A stretch of 64,000 bases of DNA from Cyanobacteria bacterium P01_F01_bin.150. Lineage in GTDB: Bacteria; Cyanobacteriota; Cyanobacteriia; CAKZMO01. Position 1 is the first letter of the stretch; each line of letters starts with the position of its first letter. Positions 11,522-23,018 of the stretch are shown one piece after another. The stretch lies in contig JBCCYL010000029.1 of assembly GCA_039189765.1 (NCBI GenBank), positions 1 to 64,000 on the forward strand, in the 5' to 3' direction. The notes beneath the pieces were generated by a model that was given only the letters and a program-made list of their open reading frames with translations, was not told the DNA's origin and did not search any database. A program made the translations under genes and the position numbers.

Positions 11522-12898
11522 ATGACACTTACAGATGCCCAAAAGGTAGAAAATTTGGTGGTAATTGGATCTGGACCGGCGGGCTATACAGCGGCCATTT
11601 ACGCTGCACGGGCAAACCTAAAGCCATTTATGTTCGAGGGCTATCAAGTGGGTGGTCTCCCTGGCGGTCAGTTGATGACAACGACGGAAGTGGAGAATTT
11701 TCCTGGGTTTCCCGACGGTATCACGGGACCTGAGCTGATGGATCGAATGAAGGCCCAGGCAAAGCGATGGGGAACGGAAATGGTGACTGAAGATGTTACC
11801 GGGGTGGATTTTAGGCAGCGGCCATTTGTGATTCGGTCTGAAGAACGTGAAGTGTTTGCCCACAGTATTGTCATTGCCACAGGGGCAACGGCTCGTCGTT
11901 TAAATTTGCCGAGTGAAACCGAGTATTGGAGTAAAGGAATTTCTGCCTGTGCGATTTGTGATGGGGCAACACCTATCTTCAGTAATGAGGAGCTGGCGGT
12001 AATTGGTGGTGGTGATTCGGCGGCGGAAGAAGCCGTTTATCTGACTAAATATGGCTCCCACGTCCATCTACTGGTGCGTCGGGATCAAATGAGAGCTAGT
12101 AAGGCTATGCAGGATCGGGTGTTAGCCAATGACAAGATTACGGTGCATTGGAATACGGAAGCTGTGGATGTATTTGGCAATGATGATCGCATGGAAGGGA
12201 TCAAAATTCGCGATCGCACCTCTGGAGTTGAGCGAGATTTAGCCGTTCGGGGCTTATTCTATGCCATTGGCCACACGCCCAACACTAAGCTATTTGATGG
12301 TCAGATTAATTTAGATGCGGCTGGCTATATTGCCACCCGACATCATTCGGTTGAAACCAGTGTGGAAGGCATCTTTGCGGCCGGAGATGTTCAGGATCAT
12401 GAATATCGCCAAGCGATTACGGCAGCCGGTACGGGCTGTATGGCAGCGCTTTTAGCAGAGAGATGGCTGACAGCGAACGATTTGGCTCAAGAATTCCATC
12501 AAACTGAGGCGTCGGAAAAAGCGGAGGAAGAGGGGAAAAAGGCTGAGTATCAGCTAGCGGCAGAGTTTGACCCGGATACGACTCGTCATCAGGGTAGTTA
12601 CGCTCTGCGAAAGCTATACCATGAAAGCGATCGCCTGATCGTCGTCAAGTATGCTGCACCTACCTGTGGACCATGTCATACCCTTAAGCCCATTCTGAGT
12701 AAGGTTGTGGACGAATTTGAGGGCAAAATTCACTACATTGAAATAGACATCACAGAGGATGAAGATATTGCTGAGAACGCTGGCATTACGGGTACACCCA
12801 CAGTGCAATTTTTCAAAGATAAAGCCCTAGTGCATCAGATGATGGGGATGAAGCAAAAAAGCCAATATCGTGAAATGATTCAACAGCATGTAGGCTAG
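11522..12898 (+). CDS. trxB: NADPH-thioredoxin reductase with fused thioredoxin domain (NTRC)
   Basis: GSGPAG, CAIC redox motif, GGGDSA, C-terminal Trx domain with CGPC. Confidence 0.95.
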   Translation: MTLTDAQKVENLVVIGSGPAGYTAAIYAARANLKPFMFEGYQVGGLPGGQLMTTTEVENFPGFPDGITGPELMDRMKAQAKRWGTEMVTEDVTGVDFRQRPFVIRSEEREVFAHSIVIATGATARRLNLPSETEYWSKGISACAICDGATPIFSNEELAVIGGGDSAAEEAVYLTKYGSHVHLLVRRDQMRASKAMQDRVLANDKITVHWNTEAVDVFGNDDRMEGIKIRDRTSGVERDLAVRGLFYAIGHTPNTKLFDGQINLDAAGYIATRHHSVETSVEGIFAAGDVQDHEYRQAITAAGTGCMAALLAERWLTANDLAQEFHQTEASEKAEEEGKKAEYQLAAEFDPDTTRHQGSYALRKLYHESDRLIVVKYAAPTCGPCHTLKPILSKVVDEFEGKIHYIEIDITEDEDIAENAGITGTPTVQFFKDKALVHQMMGMKQKSQYREMIQQHVG

Positions 12899-12917
12899 TT
12901 CTCTGTCAGGAAATAAA

Positions 12918-12950
12918 TGAGGGGAAAATCCCGTAGGGATTTTCCCCTCA
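12918..12950. terminator. Perfect 15-bp hairpin between convergent genes
   Basis: TGAGGGGAAAATCCC-GTA-GGGATTTTCCCCTCA. Confidence 0.7.
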
Positions 12951-13001
12951 AAATAAAGCTGACGCGTTACTAGTCCTCTGAACTCAGGCTGCATTAATGT
13001 G

Positions 13002-14009
13002 TCATCGTCGAGTTGTCTGATGTTCGTCACTGCGAGTGTGGGTATTGATAGGGTTCCGGGATCGATAAAAATCAATGTCCGCTCGACGTAAGCGGAGTTG
13101 AATATCTTCCAGCATTTTACGATTTACGGACAGGACATCGGCTACTAACCCCAATACCCATAACTGAACTCCCACTAAGATTAGGATTGCAGCCAAAATC
13201 AAGCTAGGAGCGCGTACCCGTGTGGGATCATCAAACCAGTAGAGCAGGAGCCAGCGTAAGCACAGTGCCATGCCTACTCCAAAGGGTACGCCTCCAAAAA
13301 CAGTAAAAAACCGCATCGGTCTGTACACCATAAAAATGCGGAAAATGGTGAGAATAGACCGTTGAATATAAGTGGGAATACTTTTTACCAAGCGAGACGG
13401 ACGCAAATCCCCATTTGTCCGTATGGGCACTGATGTAATCACCATCCCTTTTTGTCCTGCTTGAATAATCGTCTCCAGTGTGTATGTATATTCATTAAAC
13501 ACATTTAATTGGATCGCTGCGTGACGGCTCATCGCTCGGAATCCACTGGGAGCATCAGGAATATCCGTACTGCTGGCTAGGCGAACAACCCAGCTACCCA
13601 AGCCCTGTAAAAATTTTTTGGTCGGAGAAAAGTGAGGAATGGATTGAATAGGTCGTTCCCCCACCACAATTTCAGCATCTCCCTGAAGAATGGGAGCGAC
13701 TAACTTTGGAATATCTGCTGCACAGTACTGATTATCAGCATCAGTATTGACAATAATGTCTGCTCCAGCTTTCAATGCGGCATCTATTCCAGCCATAAAC
13801 CCGGCTGCTAAACCCTGATTATGTTCAAAGCTCACTATATGGTCGACCCCCCACTCTTGAGCGACTTTAGCCGTGCGATCGCTACTACCATCATCAATAA
13901 CCAGCCACTCTACCGTATCGACTTCTGGTAAGTGGCGAGGTAGCTCAGCCAAAGTAATGCCAAGAGTTGCCTCTTCGTTGTAGCAGGGAATTTGAATAAT
14001 TAACTTCAC
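13002..14009 (-). CDS. Family 2 glycosyltransferase with C-terminal TM helices
   Basis: IPCYNEE, DDGSSD, DAD motifs; two C-terminal hydrophobic segments. Confidence 0.9.
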   Translation of the reverse strand: MKLIIQIPCYNEEATLGITLAELPRHLPEVDTVEWLVIDDGSSDRTAKVAQEWGVDHIVSFEHNQGLAAGFMAGIDAALKAGADIIVNTDADNQYCAADIPKLVAPILQGDAEIVVGERPIQSIPHFSPTKKFLQGLGSWVVRLASSTDIPDAPSGFRAMSRHAAIQLNVFNEYTYTLETIIQAGQKGMVITSVPIRTNGDLRPSRLVKSIPTYIQRSILTIFRIFMVYRPMRFFTVFGGVPFGVGMALCLRWLLLYWFDDPTRVRAPSLILAAILILVGVQLWVLGLVADVLSVNRKMLEDIQLRLRRADIDFYRSRNPINTHTRSDEHQTTRR

Positions 14010-14382
14010 AATATTTCGCAGGTCTACCGTTTATGTTGTCGCATTAAAGCGAAATCTAAGCCCTGGATGACAAGATATAGATGTTAAGACTATCTCCGAT
14101 CAGGGGAGCAAAGACAAGAAATGGAGTCGTTGGTAAAGCTATTGCTGATCCTATCCCTGATAAAAATACTTGGGGATCGCTGAATCCGTATAAGAGTTTC
14201 TTACTTAAACAGAAAAAACGTAATCTTGATTACATCCAAACTCTAATCTTTTTTTTAGAATTTGGCATGATGCATTGGGCAGACATGGGCCATAATGCCT
14301 GTTAAACCAGCTTATACAAAATATGATGGCTCTTTGACTCTACAGCCTGATCAACTTTTAAGATAAGGACAACGCATTTGTA

Positions 14383-14892
14383 ATGGAAAATATTGCTGAT
14401 AGTTTCGCTAACCTATGTGATTCCTACATCACACTGGCAGACCGGTTTAATCAACTTGATGTGGAACACATGACTTTGAAAGAAAAAGTGGTGCCTTTGC
14501 TAAAGACCTTGAAAAGTTATCAGCAGGCAATAGTAACCCTTCAATCTGAAAAGCAGGTTTTACAACAGAAATTGCAAGGAACTCAAGAAGAATGTAAAGT
14601 TTTGGCTGCTAAAAATGATTCTCTTAAAGTATTAGAGCCATTGTTAAAGGATGAAGTCATCACTTTGTTAGCAGATGCCACAGAGCAAGCCGCTTTAGTG
14701 AAGGAAACAATCAGTGAGATGGATAGCAATCATGCTCCTGATCTAAATGAAGATGAAAAAAGCTTGCTTTCTATATTCTATAGCGATCCCGAACGGTTTT
14801 CAGCGATTCACCACCAGCCATCGTCTCCTGGTTCCGATTCAACCTTTGCAAGCAAGTTTGCTGCACCCTCTCCGGACCCGGCACTTGTGTAA
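14383..14892 (+). CDS. Hypothetical coiled-coil protein
   Basis: 169-aa ORF with heptad-rich composition. Confidence 0.65.
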   Translation: MENIADSFANLCDSYITLADRFNQLDVEHMTLKEKVVPLLKTLKSYQQAIVTLQSEKQVLQQKLQGTQEECKVLAAKNDSLKVLEPLLKDEVITLLADATEQAALVKETISEMDSNHAPDLNEDEKSLLSIFYSDPERFSAIHHQPSSPGSDSTFASKFAAPSPDPALV

Positions 14893-15099
14893 GGCTCAGA
14901 AGCGCTCCCCCTCTTTTGTTCTTGAAAAGGTTTTGAAACGTAAGTGGGGGAGTCAAAACGCATAAAATTTTTGCTCCAGCGCCTGAGTTTAATGCTGGTT
15001 TGAACCAACCAAAAATTTTTCTTCTTAGCGTCCCCTGCTTAATGGTTTTAATGTCGTTACAATTTCGGGGCAGGTGAATAAAGCGTAGAAGGGAAATCT

Positions 15100-15669
15100 T
15101 TGGAAATGCAGGTTGAGTTATTACAAGCTACTTTAGTTGAGCTTTTCGGCGACGGTCTGGGGGGAAATGCGGTTGATGGTTGGGTAATTAGTGATAGTGG
15201 TAGCCAATTACTCATTTTATTGTCAGCCGATCAGACTTGGTTACGAGTAATGATTTCAATTGCAACCGAAGATGAAGCGCAGCCTTATCTTCAGCAGCTC
15301 CTGAAAGCTAATTTTGATGATACCCAAGAGGTGCGATACGCTATTTCAAATAAGGTGTTGTGGGGTATTTATCAACATGATTTAGAGGGGTTAGGCGTCG
15401 CGACGCTGAAAGCAGCTATTGCTCGTCTGATTGACCTTAAACAAGATGGTTTGAGTAATTGTTTTCAGCAGGTTGTGGAAGGCCAGATCCGCCAAATAAT
15501 TTGGGTATCAAAGCAACAGGGACAAACGTTGGAAGCAACTATCCAAACGTTAGAACGCTTTTATGCTGAGGGAATGTTGGGTGGACTGGAACAACCCAAA
15601 GAAGATAAAGAATCGTTTCTGAATGCATGGCGTTATCAATTGAATAGACTATGGGATGAGGTTGAGTAG
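15100..15669 (+). CDS. Conserved cyanobacterial hypothetical protein (YbjN/T3SS-chaperone-like N-terminal part)
   Basis: LLKANFDDTQEVRYA...LWG motif; family call from memory only. Confidence 0.6.
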   Translation: MEMQVELLQATLVELFGDGLGGNAVDGWVISDSGSQLLILLSADQTWLRVMISIATEDEAQPYLQQLLKANFDDTQEVRYAISNKVLWGIYQHDLEGLGVATLKAAIARLIDLKQDGLSNCFQQVVEGQIRQIIWVSKQQGQTLEATIQTLERFYAEGMLGGLEQPKEDKESFLNAWRYQLNRLWDEVE

Positions 15670-15825
15670 GGTAGTGTCTCGATTCAGGAGCGTTTTCCTG
15701 TCAAATCTGCTTATTTCTGGTGTGTATGTGAGCTTAGCTTGTTTTCATTTAGCCATTAATACGGGTGAAAGCGTAGCAAGATCCAGTAAAATCGACTAGT
15801 ATGCACTACCTGATTCCTCCTTTAT

Positions 15826-16455
15826 ATGGAATGGCACACCACTGATGCTAAAAGCTTACGCCTGATTGATCAGGAAATTGGTGATCATGCGTTTTCGCCT
15901 GCTGAATACGAAATTGTTCGCAGAGCAATTTACGCTACCGCAGATTTTGAGTACAAAAATCTGATTCGATTTTCGGATCATGCTCTGCAATCCGGGGCAG
16001 CTGCTCTTGCTGCTCGTAGCACTGTTGTGGTTGATGCTCCTATGGTACAGGTGGGTATTTCGGCGGTTATTCAACGCACATTTGCTAATCCGGTTTACTG
16101 TAGTACCGATACTTTGACGCGGCCTCAACGCACTAAAACGCGTTCAGCATGGGGAATCGAAACATTATCTGCTCGATATCCAGAGGCCATTTTTATCGTA
16201 GGGCAGTCTCAAACTGCTCTCCTTTCGCTGATTGAGCTAATCGAAGCAGATAAAATTCGGCCCGCATTAGTGATCGGCTCACCCGCAAATTTTCTGGGAG
16301 TTGATGCCCTTGGGGATCGATTTCGCAGCACCTCCGTGCCACATATTCGTATCAAAGGTCGTAAAGGCAGTGTGGTGGTTGCGGTTGCTTTAATGAATGG
16401 TTTGGTAGATTTAGCTTGGCAGGCCTATGGTCGAGAGACCAATGGCTTAAGTTAA
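15826..16455 (+). CDS. cobH: Precorrin-8X methylmutase family protein
   Basis: SLRLID.EIG, IVRRAIYATADF, GRKGS motifs; some canonical residues diverge. Confidence 0.8.
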   Translation: MEWHTTDAKSLRLIDQEIGDHAFSPAEYEIVRRAIYATADFEYKNLIRFSDHALQSGAAALAARSTVVVDAPMVQVGISAVIQRTFANPVYCSTDTLTRPQRTKTRSAWGIETLSARYPEAIFIVGQSQTALLSLIELIEADKIRPALVIGSPANFLGVDALGDRFRSTSVPHIRIKGRKGSVVVAVALMNGLVDLAWQAYGRETNGLS

Positions 16456-16607
16456 AGATCCTCTATGAGTTTTTTCATCAAAAAGAAACATTGCACAATT
16501 CCGTTGAAGCAATCAGCTTGATTTATGATGAGTGGACGCAACATGTCTTCGAGCTGTGCCCATAAATGTTGCGATGCCCTGATGTTCGCCCCCTGGAGTA
16601 TTCATCT

Positions 16608-17936
16608 ATGGATGATCGAGAGTTCCTACGATTTTTTGATGCCTGTGATCCGAGCCGCACTTTAATTCCCACTGAAGCAGAGGATCAAAAGTATTATGTT
16701 GATTTTGCCTCGGTGCGAGGTGGCCGGATTATTAAGACGTTAGAGCGCACAATTTTAATGCAGGCTCGTCTAAATAAGCCCACCTGTCAACTCTTCACTG
16801 GACATATTGGCTGTGGTAAGTCAACAGAACTGAGGAAACTCCAAGCGGATTTAGAAGAACAAAATTTCCATGTCGTATATTTTGAATCCACTGAAGATTT
16901 GGACATGGCCGATGTGGATGTAACAGACGTTCTGTTAGCGATTACTCGACAAATCAGTGTCAGCTTAGGAGAGATCGGCATTCAATTAAGTCCTGGTTAT
17001 TTTGAAAATCTCTTCGGTGAAATGGTTGATTTCCTGGGTGCCCCCATTGAGTTATCAGCACAGGCTAAGTTCTCGTTGCCGTTGGGGTTAGGTGAGATTT
17101 TAGCCAAAACGCGAGAGAGTCCGACGCTACGGCAGCGCCTACGGCAATATTTAGAACCCCAGACTGAAAAAATTCTGACAACGCTCAATAAGCATGTTTT
17201 AAAGATTGCAAACAAGAAGTTAAGGAACCATAATAAGCGAGGCTTAGTGGTTCTGGTGGATAACTTGGATCGGGTGGATAATCGCAAGTTGGAGGGGGCA
17301 GAGCGATCGCAGCCCGAGTATCTTTTCGTTGACCGGGGTGATCAACTGCGAAAACTAGACTGCCACGTGGTGTACACCATTCCTCTATCGCTGATTTTTT
17401 CCAACGATTACCAAGCGTTACTGAATCGTTTTGGTGGGGGTATTGCGCCCAAAACGTTGCCTATGGTGCCTGTAATTCAGCGTAATGGGAATGACCATAC
17501 GGAAGGGTTGACCTTACTCAAAACAATGGTGATGGCTCGGGCCTTCCCAGGTGTTGATATGGCAATCGTATGTCAGATCAGTTACGTTGAACAAATATTT
17601 GAGTCAGAGGCGACGCTCGATCGACTTTGTACTATGAGCGGCGGTCATGTTCGCACCCTCTTAGGAATGCTTTATCGCTGCTTGCAAGAGGCTGATCCTC
17701 CCATCGATTTGGAGCTACTGAACCGTGTCATCCAAGAATATTCAGATCGGGCCTGTTTGGCGGTGACCCCTGATGAAAAAGAAATGCTAGAAATCGTGCA
17801 TCAAACCAAAAAAGTGACGGGAGAAGAGGGACATGAAACATTATTACGGAGCTTGTTTGTTTTTGAATATCCTGGTGATCAGAATGGAGGTTGGTTTGAC
17901 GTTAACCCACTTCTAATGTCATTGATTAACGTTTAA
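16608..17936 (+). CDS. P-loop AAA-like ATPase (partner of the downstream STAND protein)
   Basis: Walker A GHIGCGKST, Walker B VVLVDNLDR, SGGHVR sensor; ATG 16608 or 16566. Confidence 0.85.
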   Translation: MDDREFLRFFDACDPSRTLIPTEAEDQKYYVDFASVRGGRIIKTLERTILMQARLNKPTCQLFTGHIGCGKSTELRKLQADLEEQNFHVVYFESTEDLDMADVDVTDVLLAITRQISVSLGEIGIQLSPGYFENLFGEMVDFLGAPIELSAQAKFSLPLGLGEILAKTRESPTLRQRLRQYLEPQTEKILTTLNKHVLKIANKKLRNHNKRGLVVLVDNLDRVDNRKLEGAERSQPEYLFVDRGDQLRKLDCHVVYTIPLSLIFSNDYQALLNRFGGGIAPKTLPMVPVIQRNGNDHTEGLTLLKTMVMARAFPGVDMAIVCQISYVEQIFESEATLDRLCTMSGGHVRTLLGMLYRCLQEADPPIDLELLNRVIQEYSDRACLAVTPDEKEMLEIVHQTKKVTGEEGHETLLRSLFVFEYPGDQNGGWFDVNPLLMSLINV

Positions 17937-18060
17937 TGAGTCTCTATTCACACTGCTATAGAGGCTAAGTATCAGTTTTTCTCAATATTGCTTTATTCCT
18001 GATTCTCGTTTGCTATGATTTATTACATTTATTTATGTCGTATTATTTGGACGTTAGATC

Positions 18061-21000
18061 ATGTCCCAAAGTGTAGCCTCCGAAAACGAACGAACTCTGA
18101 AAACACTCTGCCGCACAATTCGTTTAACTAGTCAACGCAGATTTGAACTCATCATTGTACGGTGTAACTATCAAAAACTACAGAAAAGACTGTTATTCCA
18201 GTTGCACAAAAATTGCCCCATTCCTTTTGAGGAATTGGCACTACCAAGAACATCCCAAACCCTATATACGTTAATTGAGACCTCTTATACAGAAAAATGG
18301 CCAGAGGCTCTTTGTGTTTGGGGGTTTGAGGAAGTAGACGATTTAGAGACTCTATTATTAGCGACTAATCAAGTTAGGGAAGAATTTAGAAAAAACTTCA
18401 AATTTCCATTAGTCCTATGGTTAAATGATCAGATTCTAACTGAATTAATTCGGCTTGTTCCTGATTTTTATAGTTGGGCAACGCCGCTATCTTTTAATCT
18501 GTCTAATCAAGAATTAGTGGATTTGATCAAAAGTAGTTCTGATACCTTATTTGAACATGCTTTTAACGCCAGCGATCAGTATCCAGTCAGAAAAACTGTT
18601 TTGGAACTAGCCGTTAATGCCCCTAAGTTGCAAGAGCTTAAAATTGCTAAAAATGAGTTAGAAAATCGAAATTATCCCCTAGAGGCTGAACTACAAGCGA
18701 GTATTAACTTAGCATTAGGGCGTGATTTCTATCGTCGAGATCAATTGGGTAAAGCTGAGGAAAAATACCAACAAAGCCTTGCCTATTGGGCAGATACTCA
18801 ACAAACTCAACGATCGGCTATGGTTTTATTCCACCTCGGTCTTTGTTATTGGCGTAAAGCCTATCTTGAACGATTAGCGCCGGAAATGTGTTGGAAATTA
18901 GCTAAAAAGTGCTTTGCAGATTGCTTAGAGAGTTTAGAGAGTTTAGACGCAGATCAATCGCAACGGCTTGTTGCTAATTTTATTGGCCAACTCGGTGAGG
19001 TATTGCAGCAGCTTGGCGAATGGGATGCACTCCAAACGTTAGCAGAAAATTCTTTAAGGTTACACCAAAAATTTTCCCATCCAGCAAGATTAGCCAGAGA
19101 TTGGGGATTTCTGGCATCGATTGCTCTGCATCACTCTGACTGGGACAAAACGTATCTCAATGCCCAAAAAGCGCTGCAAGCTTTGGAGGACTCAAGAGAA
19201 GGCGATCGTCAACGTAAAGGACTATATTTATGGCTCTTGGCCCAGGCTCAGAAACAGCTTGGGGCAATTGATGGGGCGATCGATAGCTTGGAAGCTGCAA
19301 AGAAAACGGGCCAGTTCCAAAATGATCCGCTCATTTATATTCAAATTTTAAAGGCATTACGTGATCTTTATTTTCAACAAGGTCGCTATATCGAGGCGTT
19401 TGATGTTAAACAAGAACAACAAGCGGTTGAAAGCCAGTATGGGTACCGGGCTTTTATTGGAGCTAGTCGCTTACGGCCATTACGGGACGTTGGATTAGCC
19501 TTACTAGCGAGTGAACCATCGGAGGCGATCGCCCAAGAATTATCGGTTTCAGTCCGCCATCAGGACATCAGCAGTTTGTTGGAACGACTGGCACGCCCTA
19601 ATTATAAATTGACCATTATTCACGGTCAGTCTGGAGTTGGCAAAAGTTCTATGATGAGCGCGGGTTTGGTGCCTACGCTCAAGCACAAAATTATGAATAG
19701 TCGTGACGTTGTCCCCGTTTATTGCCAGTTTTATGGCAATTGGGAAGAGCACCTATGCCAATGTATGAATATAAGCCTAGAACCCTATCCAGATGCACGG
19801 AGAAAAGAATTAAAATCGTCGCTTGATATTCTCCACCAAATCCGTCGTAATGATACTCAAAACCTCTTGACAGTATTAATTTTTGATCAGTTTGAAGAAT
19901 TTTTTATCAACTGCGAGACACCAAATAAGCGTAGACCTTTCTTTGATTTTTTAAACCAGTGCTTTCAACTTCCTTTTATCAAAGTTTTACTAGTCCTTCG
20001 AGAAGACTACTTACACTATCTACTAGAATATGAACGGCTTCCTAGCAATAGCTATATTACTCAAAATATTCTCAAGCAAACAAATCGTTTTGAACTGATC
20101 AATTTTTCTGAAGAAGATACAAAAGAGATTATCACTAGATTAACGGAACGATCAAGTATTACTTGGGAACCTCAACTCGTTGATGCTGTTGTTCATGATT
20201 TAGCTCAAGAGCAAGGAAGTATCCGCCCTATTGAATTACAAATTGTTGGTGCTCAACTTCAAGCTGAAAATATTAATACTCTCTCTGCCTATGAAGACAA
20301 GGGAACAAAAGATAAATTAGTTCAGCGCTATTTAGAAACAGTTGTTGAAGACTGTGGCCCTGAAAACAGGAAAGCGGCTAATTTAATATTATATCTCCTG
20401 TTAGTAGATAAGGATACACGTCCACAACGAACAAAAGAAGAAATTGGAATAGAGCTAAAAAGATTAGCTATTGACTTGATTGAAGAATCAAATCGTCTAG
20501 ATTTAGTGCTCCAAATATTTGTCAAATCAGGTTTAGTTTTCCTTCTTCCAGAGACTCCTTCCAGTAGATATCAACTTGTTCATGATTATCTAGCTACCTT
20601 TATTCGGCGTCAGCAGCAACCTGATATCAATGCACGGATTGCACATTTAGAACGTGAGAAGAAAAATCTTAAACAGGTTATCACTGCATTAGAACAAGAA
20701 CAGGAACAACGTTTTAAGACGGAAGAAGAACTTAATGCAACTGCTAAAGAACTTACTGTAACAGCACAAGAACTGAAGAAAACGGCACATACTAATAAAG
20801 AGACTAAGAAGAGGCTAGCAGTTTGGTCAGGAGTTTTGGGAGTGGCTTTTTTAGTTGTATCAGCTCTAGGATTAACGGCCTACTTTAGGTTGCAACAAAC
20901 ACGTACGGAGTTTGATCTAGAACAAAAAAGTTGGGAAGCTTTACAACAGTTTCACACTCAACCACTACAAGGCTTAATTGCAGCCATGAATGTGGGTATT

Positions 21001-23001
21001 CAATTTCAAGAATTTAAAGACAAAAATAGTGAAACGACCCTTACGACTCCCATCTTTGCGCTACACAAAATGCTGAGCAATATCCGGTTACAGAACACGC
21101 TCGCTGCACATGATGCTGAAATCTATGCAGTAGCTTTCAATGACAGTAGCAATCATTATCTTGTAACAGGTTCACAAGATACAACAGCTCGACTGTGGAA
21201 TTTAAAGACAGGTGATAGTATTCCTTTAGAGGGGCACGAGAAAGCAGTTCTTGATGTGAGCTTTAGCCCTCAGGGTCAGCATATTGCGACGGCATCCGCA
21301 GATGGAACGGTTAAATTTTGGAACTATGATGGCACAATCCATCATGAGTGCTCAATGCAGGATGATGTTTTGAGTATTGATTTCAAAAAAAATGGAGACT
21401 TTATAGCTGCTATTGGAAACGGGAAACTCCAACTTCGAAAACCAGAATGTGAACTAATTTCTGAAGGCATCACAGAGTCAAAAACACCTGTCTTTAGTAT
21501 AGACTTTAGTGATGACGAAAGCATGCTTGTAGCAGGCGATGAAAAAGGCAGTGTTAGTATCTGGCAAGTGAGTCAAAATGCTCTTAGCCAACTCAAAAGT
21601 TTAAACCTCCATAATCAGTCGGTGGAAGATGTAGCATTCAGTCCTGGCGACAGCAGTGTTGTAACAGTTTCCTCTGACGGTACAGGTAATATTTGGCGTC
21701 TTCAAGATGATGACATTTTGAACTTTGAGGCAAAAGGTGCCCCAATAAGAAGTATTACTTCAATATCTTCTCAGCGTAGCCGAGAAGATATTGTAACTTC
21801 TTCAGATGACAACATGGCTAGGCTATGGGATCTTCAAGGACAAGAAAAATTTAGCTTTAAAGGTCATAGGAATGTCGTTAGAGATGTTGCCTTTGATTCA
21901 ACAACACAAACTTTAGCAACAGTTTCTGATGATAGATCGGTTAAACTGTGGAACTTAAATAATAATCTATTTAGACCTAGAAGAATCAACCTTCTTCACG
22001 AGTCCATTGATGCTTCTAATATTAATGTTTCTAGTGTCAGCTATGATAATAATCTGTTGGCAGCATCTTCTGGGCACGGTACTATTTATATTTTAGATTT
22101 CAGAAGCAATACTATTCTAGCTAGTTTTTCACCTTATATAAATCAAAACAGAGATGAAAAACACCACATACTTGACCTTAAGTTTCATCCAAGAAATTAC
22201 ACACTTGTGACTGCTTCAAATTATGGTCAAGTGATTCTATGGTCACAACATGGGGAAAAAATTAAGGAACTCCAAAAATCTTATTACCCTAATTTTCAAG
22301 ATACAAAGTTAGCATTTGATTCTACTGGTACTCAGGTAGCAATTGCAAATTCAGAAGGTACAGTTCGTATTGTAAACCTTGAGGGTGAAAGCCTTGACCA
22401 ACAGAAGCTCCATAATGAGAAAATCACAGATATTAAATTCAACAATGATGGTGGTATTATCGTTACAGCATCCGTAGATCAAACAGCCTGTTTTTGGCAA
22501 CTGGATACATTACCTGTCTGCAGTGAAAAATATGGAAGTCAGCTTGTTAGTGTTGCTATTAATCCAGAAAATACTTTGGTTATTTCTGATTTAGAAGGGA
22601 CAATTAATATTTGGCACCCGACTAAACAGCAGTCATCAAATACCGATGATATTGTGTCCTCCAGCACCCGCTCTATCAACGACATTATTTTCGATAAAAG
22701 CGGTAGATTTGCAACTGCCTCAGCCGATGGTTCCGCAGCTCTATGGTCAGGAGAGGGTAAACCTCTAGCAGAATTTCAAGGACATCGGACACCCGTCCAG
22801 AACATCTTTTTTACTAATGATGCTCAAGAACTATTGACGATTTCTAGTGATGGTCAAATTCGTCAATGGGAAATTCAAAGTCTTGATGATCTTTTAAACG
22901 AAGGATGTGAGTGGCTCTCCAATTACTTAAGATTTAGGAAAAATAGCAAGCCTACAGAGGAGCAAAAAATAGTTAATTTTTGCTCCTCCATCTCAGATTA
23001 A
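18061..23001 (+). CDS. Large STAND (nSTAND1-like) NTPase: N-terminal degenerate NTPase-like region, TPR, NTPase, coiled coil, TM helix, WD40 repeats
   Basis: GQSGVGKSS Walker A, LIFDQFEEFF Walker B, YQLVHDYL; hydrophobic LAVWSGVLGVAFLVVSALGL; many GH...W[DN] repeats. Confidence 0.85.
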   Translation: MSQSVASENERTLKTLCRTIRLTSQRRFELIIVRCNYQKLQKRLLFQLHKNCPIPFEELALPRTSQTLYTLIETSYTEKWPEALCVWGFEEVDDLETLLLATNQVREEFRKNFKFPLVLWLNDQILTELIRLVPDFYSWATPLSFNLSNQELVDLIKSSSDTLFEHAFNASDQYPVRKTVLELAVNAPKLQELKIAKNELENRNYPLEAELQASINLALGRDFYRRDQLGKAEEKYQQSLAYWADTQQTQRSAMVLFHLGLCYWRKAYLERLAPEMCWKLAKKCFADCLESLESLDADQSQRLVANFIGQLGEVLQQLGEWDALQTLAENSLRLHQKFSHPARLARDWGFLASIALHHSDWDKTYLNAQKALQALEDSREGDRQRKGLYLWLLAQAQKQLGAIDGAIDSLEAAKKTGQFQNDPLIYIQILKALRDLYFQQGRYIEAFDVKQEQQAVESQYGYRAFIGASRLRPLRDVGLALLASEPSEAIAQELSVSVRHQDISSLLERLARPNYKLTIIHGQSGVGKSSMMSAGLVPTLKHKIMNSRDVVPVYCQFYGNWEEHLCQCMNISLEPYPDARRKELKSSLDILHQIRRNDTQNLLTVLIFDQFEEFFINCETPNKRRPFFDFLNQCFQLPFIKVLLVLREDYLHYLLEYERLPSNSYITQNILKQTNRFELINFSEEDTKEIITRLTERSSITWEPQLVDAVVHDLAQEQGSIRPIELQIVGAQLQAENINTLSAYEDKGTKDKLVQRYLETVVEDCGPENRKAANLILYLLLVDKDTRPQRTKEEIGIELKRLAIDLIEESNRLDLVLQIFVKSGLVFLLPETPSSRYQLVHDYLATFIRRQQQPDINARIAHLEREKKNLKQVITALEQEQEQRFKTEEELNATAKELTVTAQELKKTAHTNKETKKRLAVWSGVLGVAFLVVSALGLTAYFRLQQTRTEFDLEQKSWEALQQFHTQPLQGLIAAMNVGIQFQEFKDKNSETTLTTPIFALHKMLSNIRLQNTLAAHDAEIYAVAFNDSSNHYLVTGSQDTTARLWNLKTGDSIPLEGHEKAVLDVSFSPQGQHIATASADGTVKFWNYDGTIHHECSMQDDVLSIDFKKNGDFIAAIGNGKLQLRKPECELISEGITESKTPVFSIDFSDDESMLVAGDEKGSVSIWQVSQNALSQLKSLNLHNQSVEDVAFSPGDSSVVTVSSDGTGNIWRLQDDDILNFEAKGAPIRSITSISSQRSREDIVTSSDDNMARLWDLQGQEKFSFKGHRNVVRDVAFDSTTQTLATVSDDRSVKLWNLNNNLFRPRRINLLHESIDASNINVSSVSYDNNLLAASSGHGTIYILDFRSNTILASFSPYINQNRDEKHHILDLKFHPRNYTLVTASNYGQVILWSQHGEKIKELQKSYYPNFQDTKLAFDSTGTQVAIANSEGTVRIVNLEGESLDQQKLHNEKITDIKFNNDGGIIVTASVDQTACFWQLDTLPVCSEKYGSQLVSVAINPENTLVISDLEGTINIWHPTKQQSSNTDDIVSSSTRSINDIIFDKSGRFATASADGSAALWSGEGKPLAEFQGHRTPVQNIFFTNDAQELLTISSDGQIRQWEIQSLDDLLNEGCEWLSNYLRFRKNSKPTEEQKIVNFCSSISD

Positions 23002-23018
23002 ATGTAGCGTTATAATCT

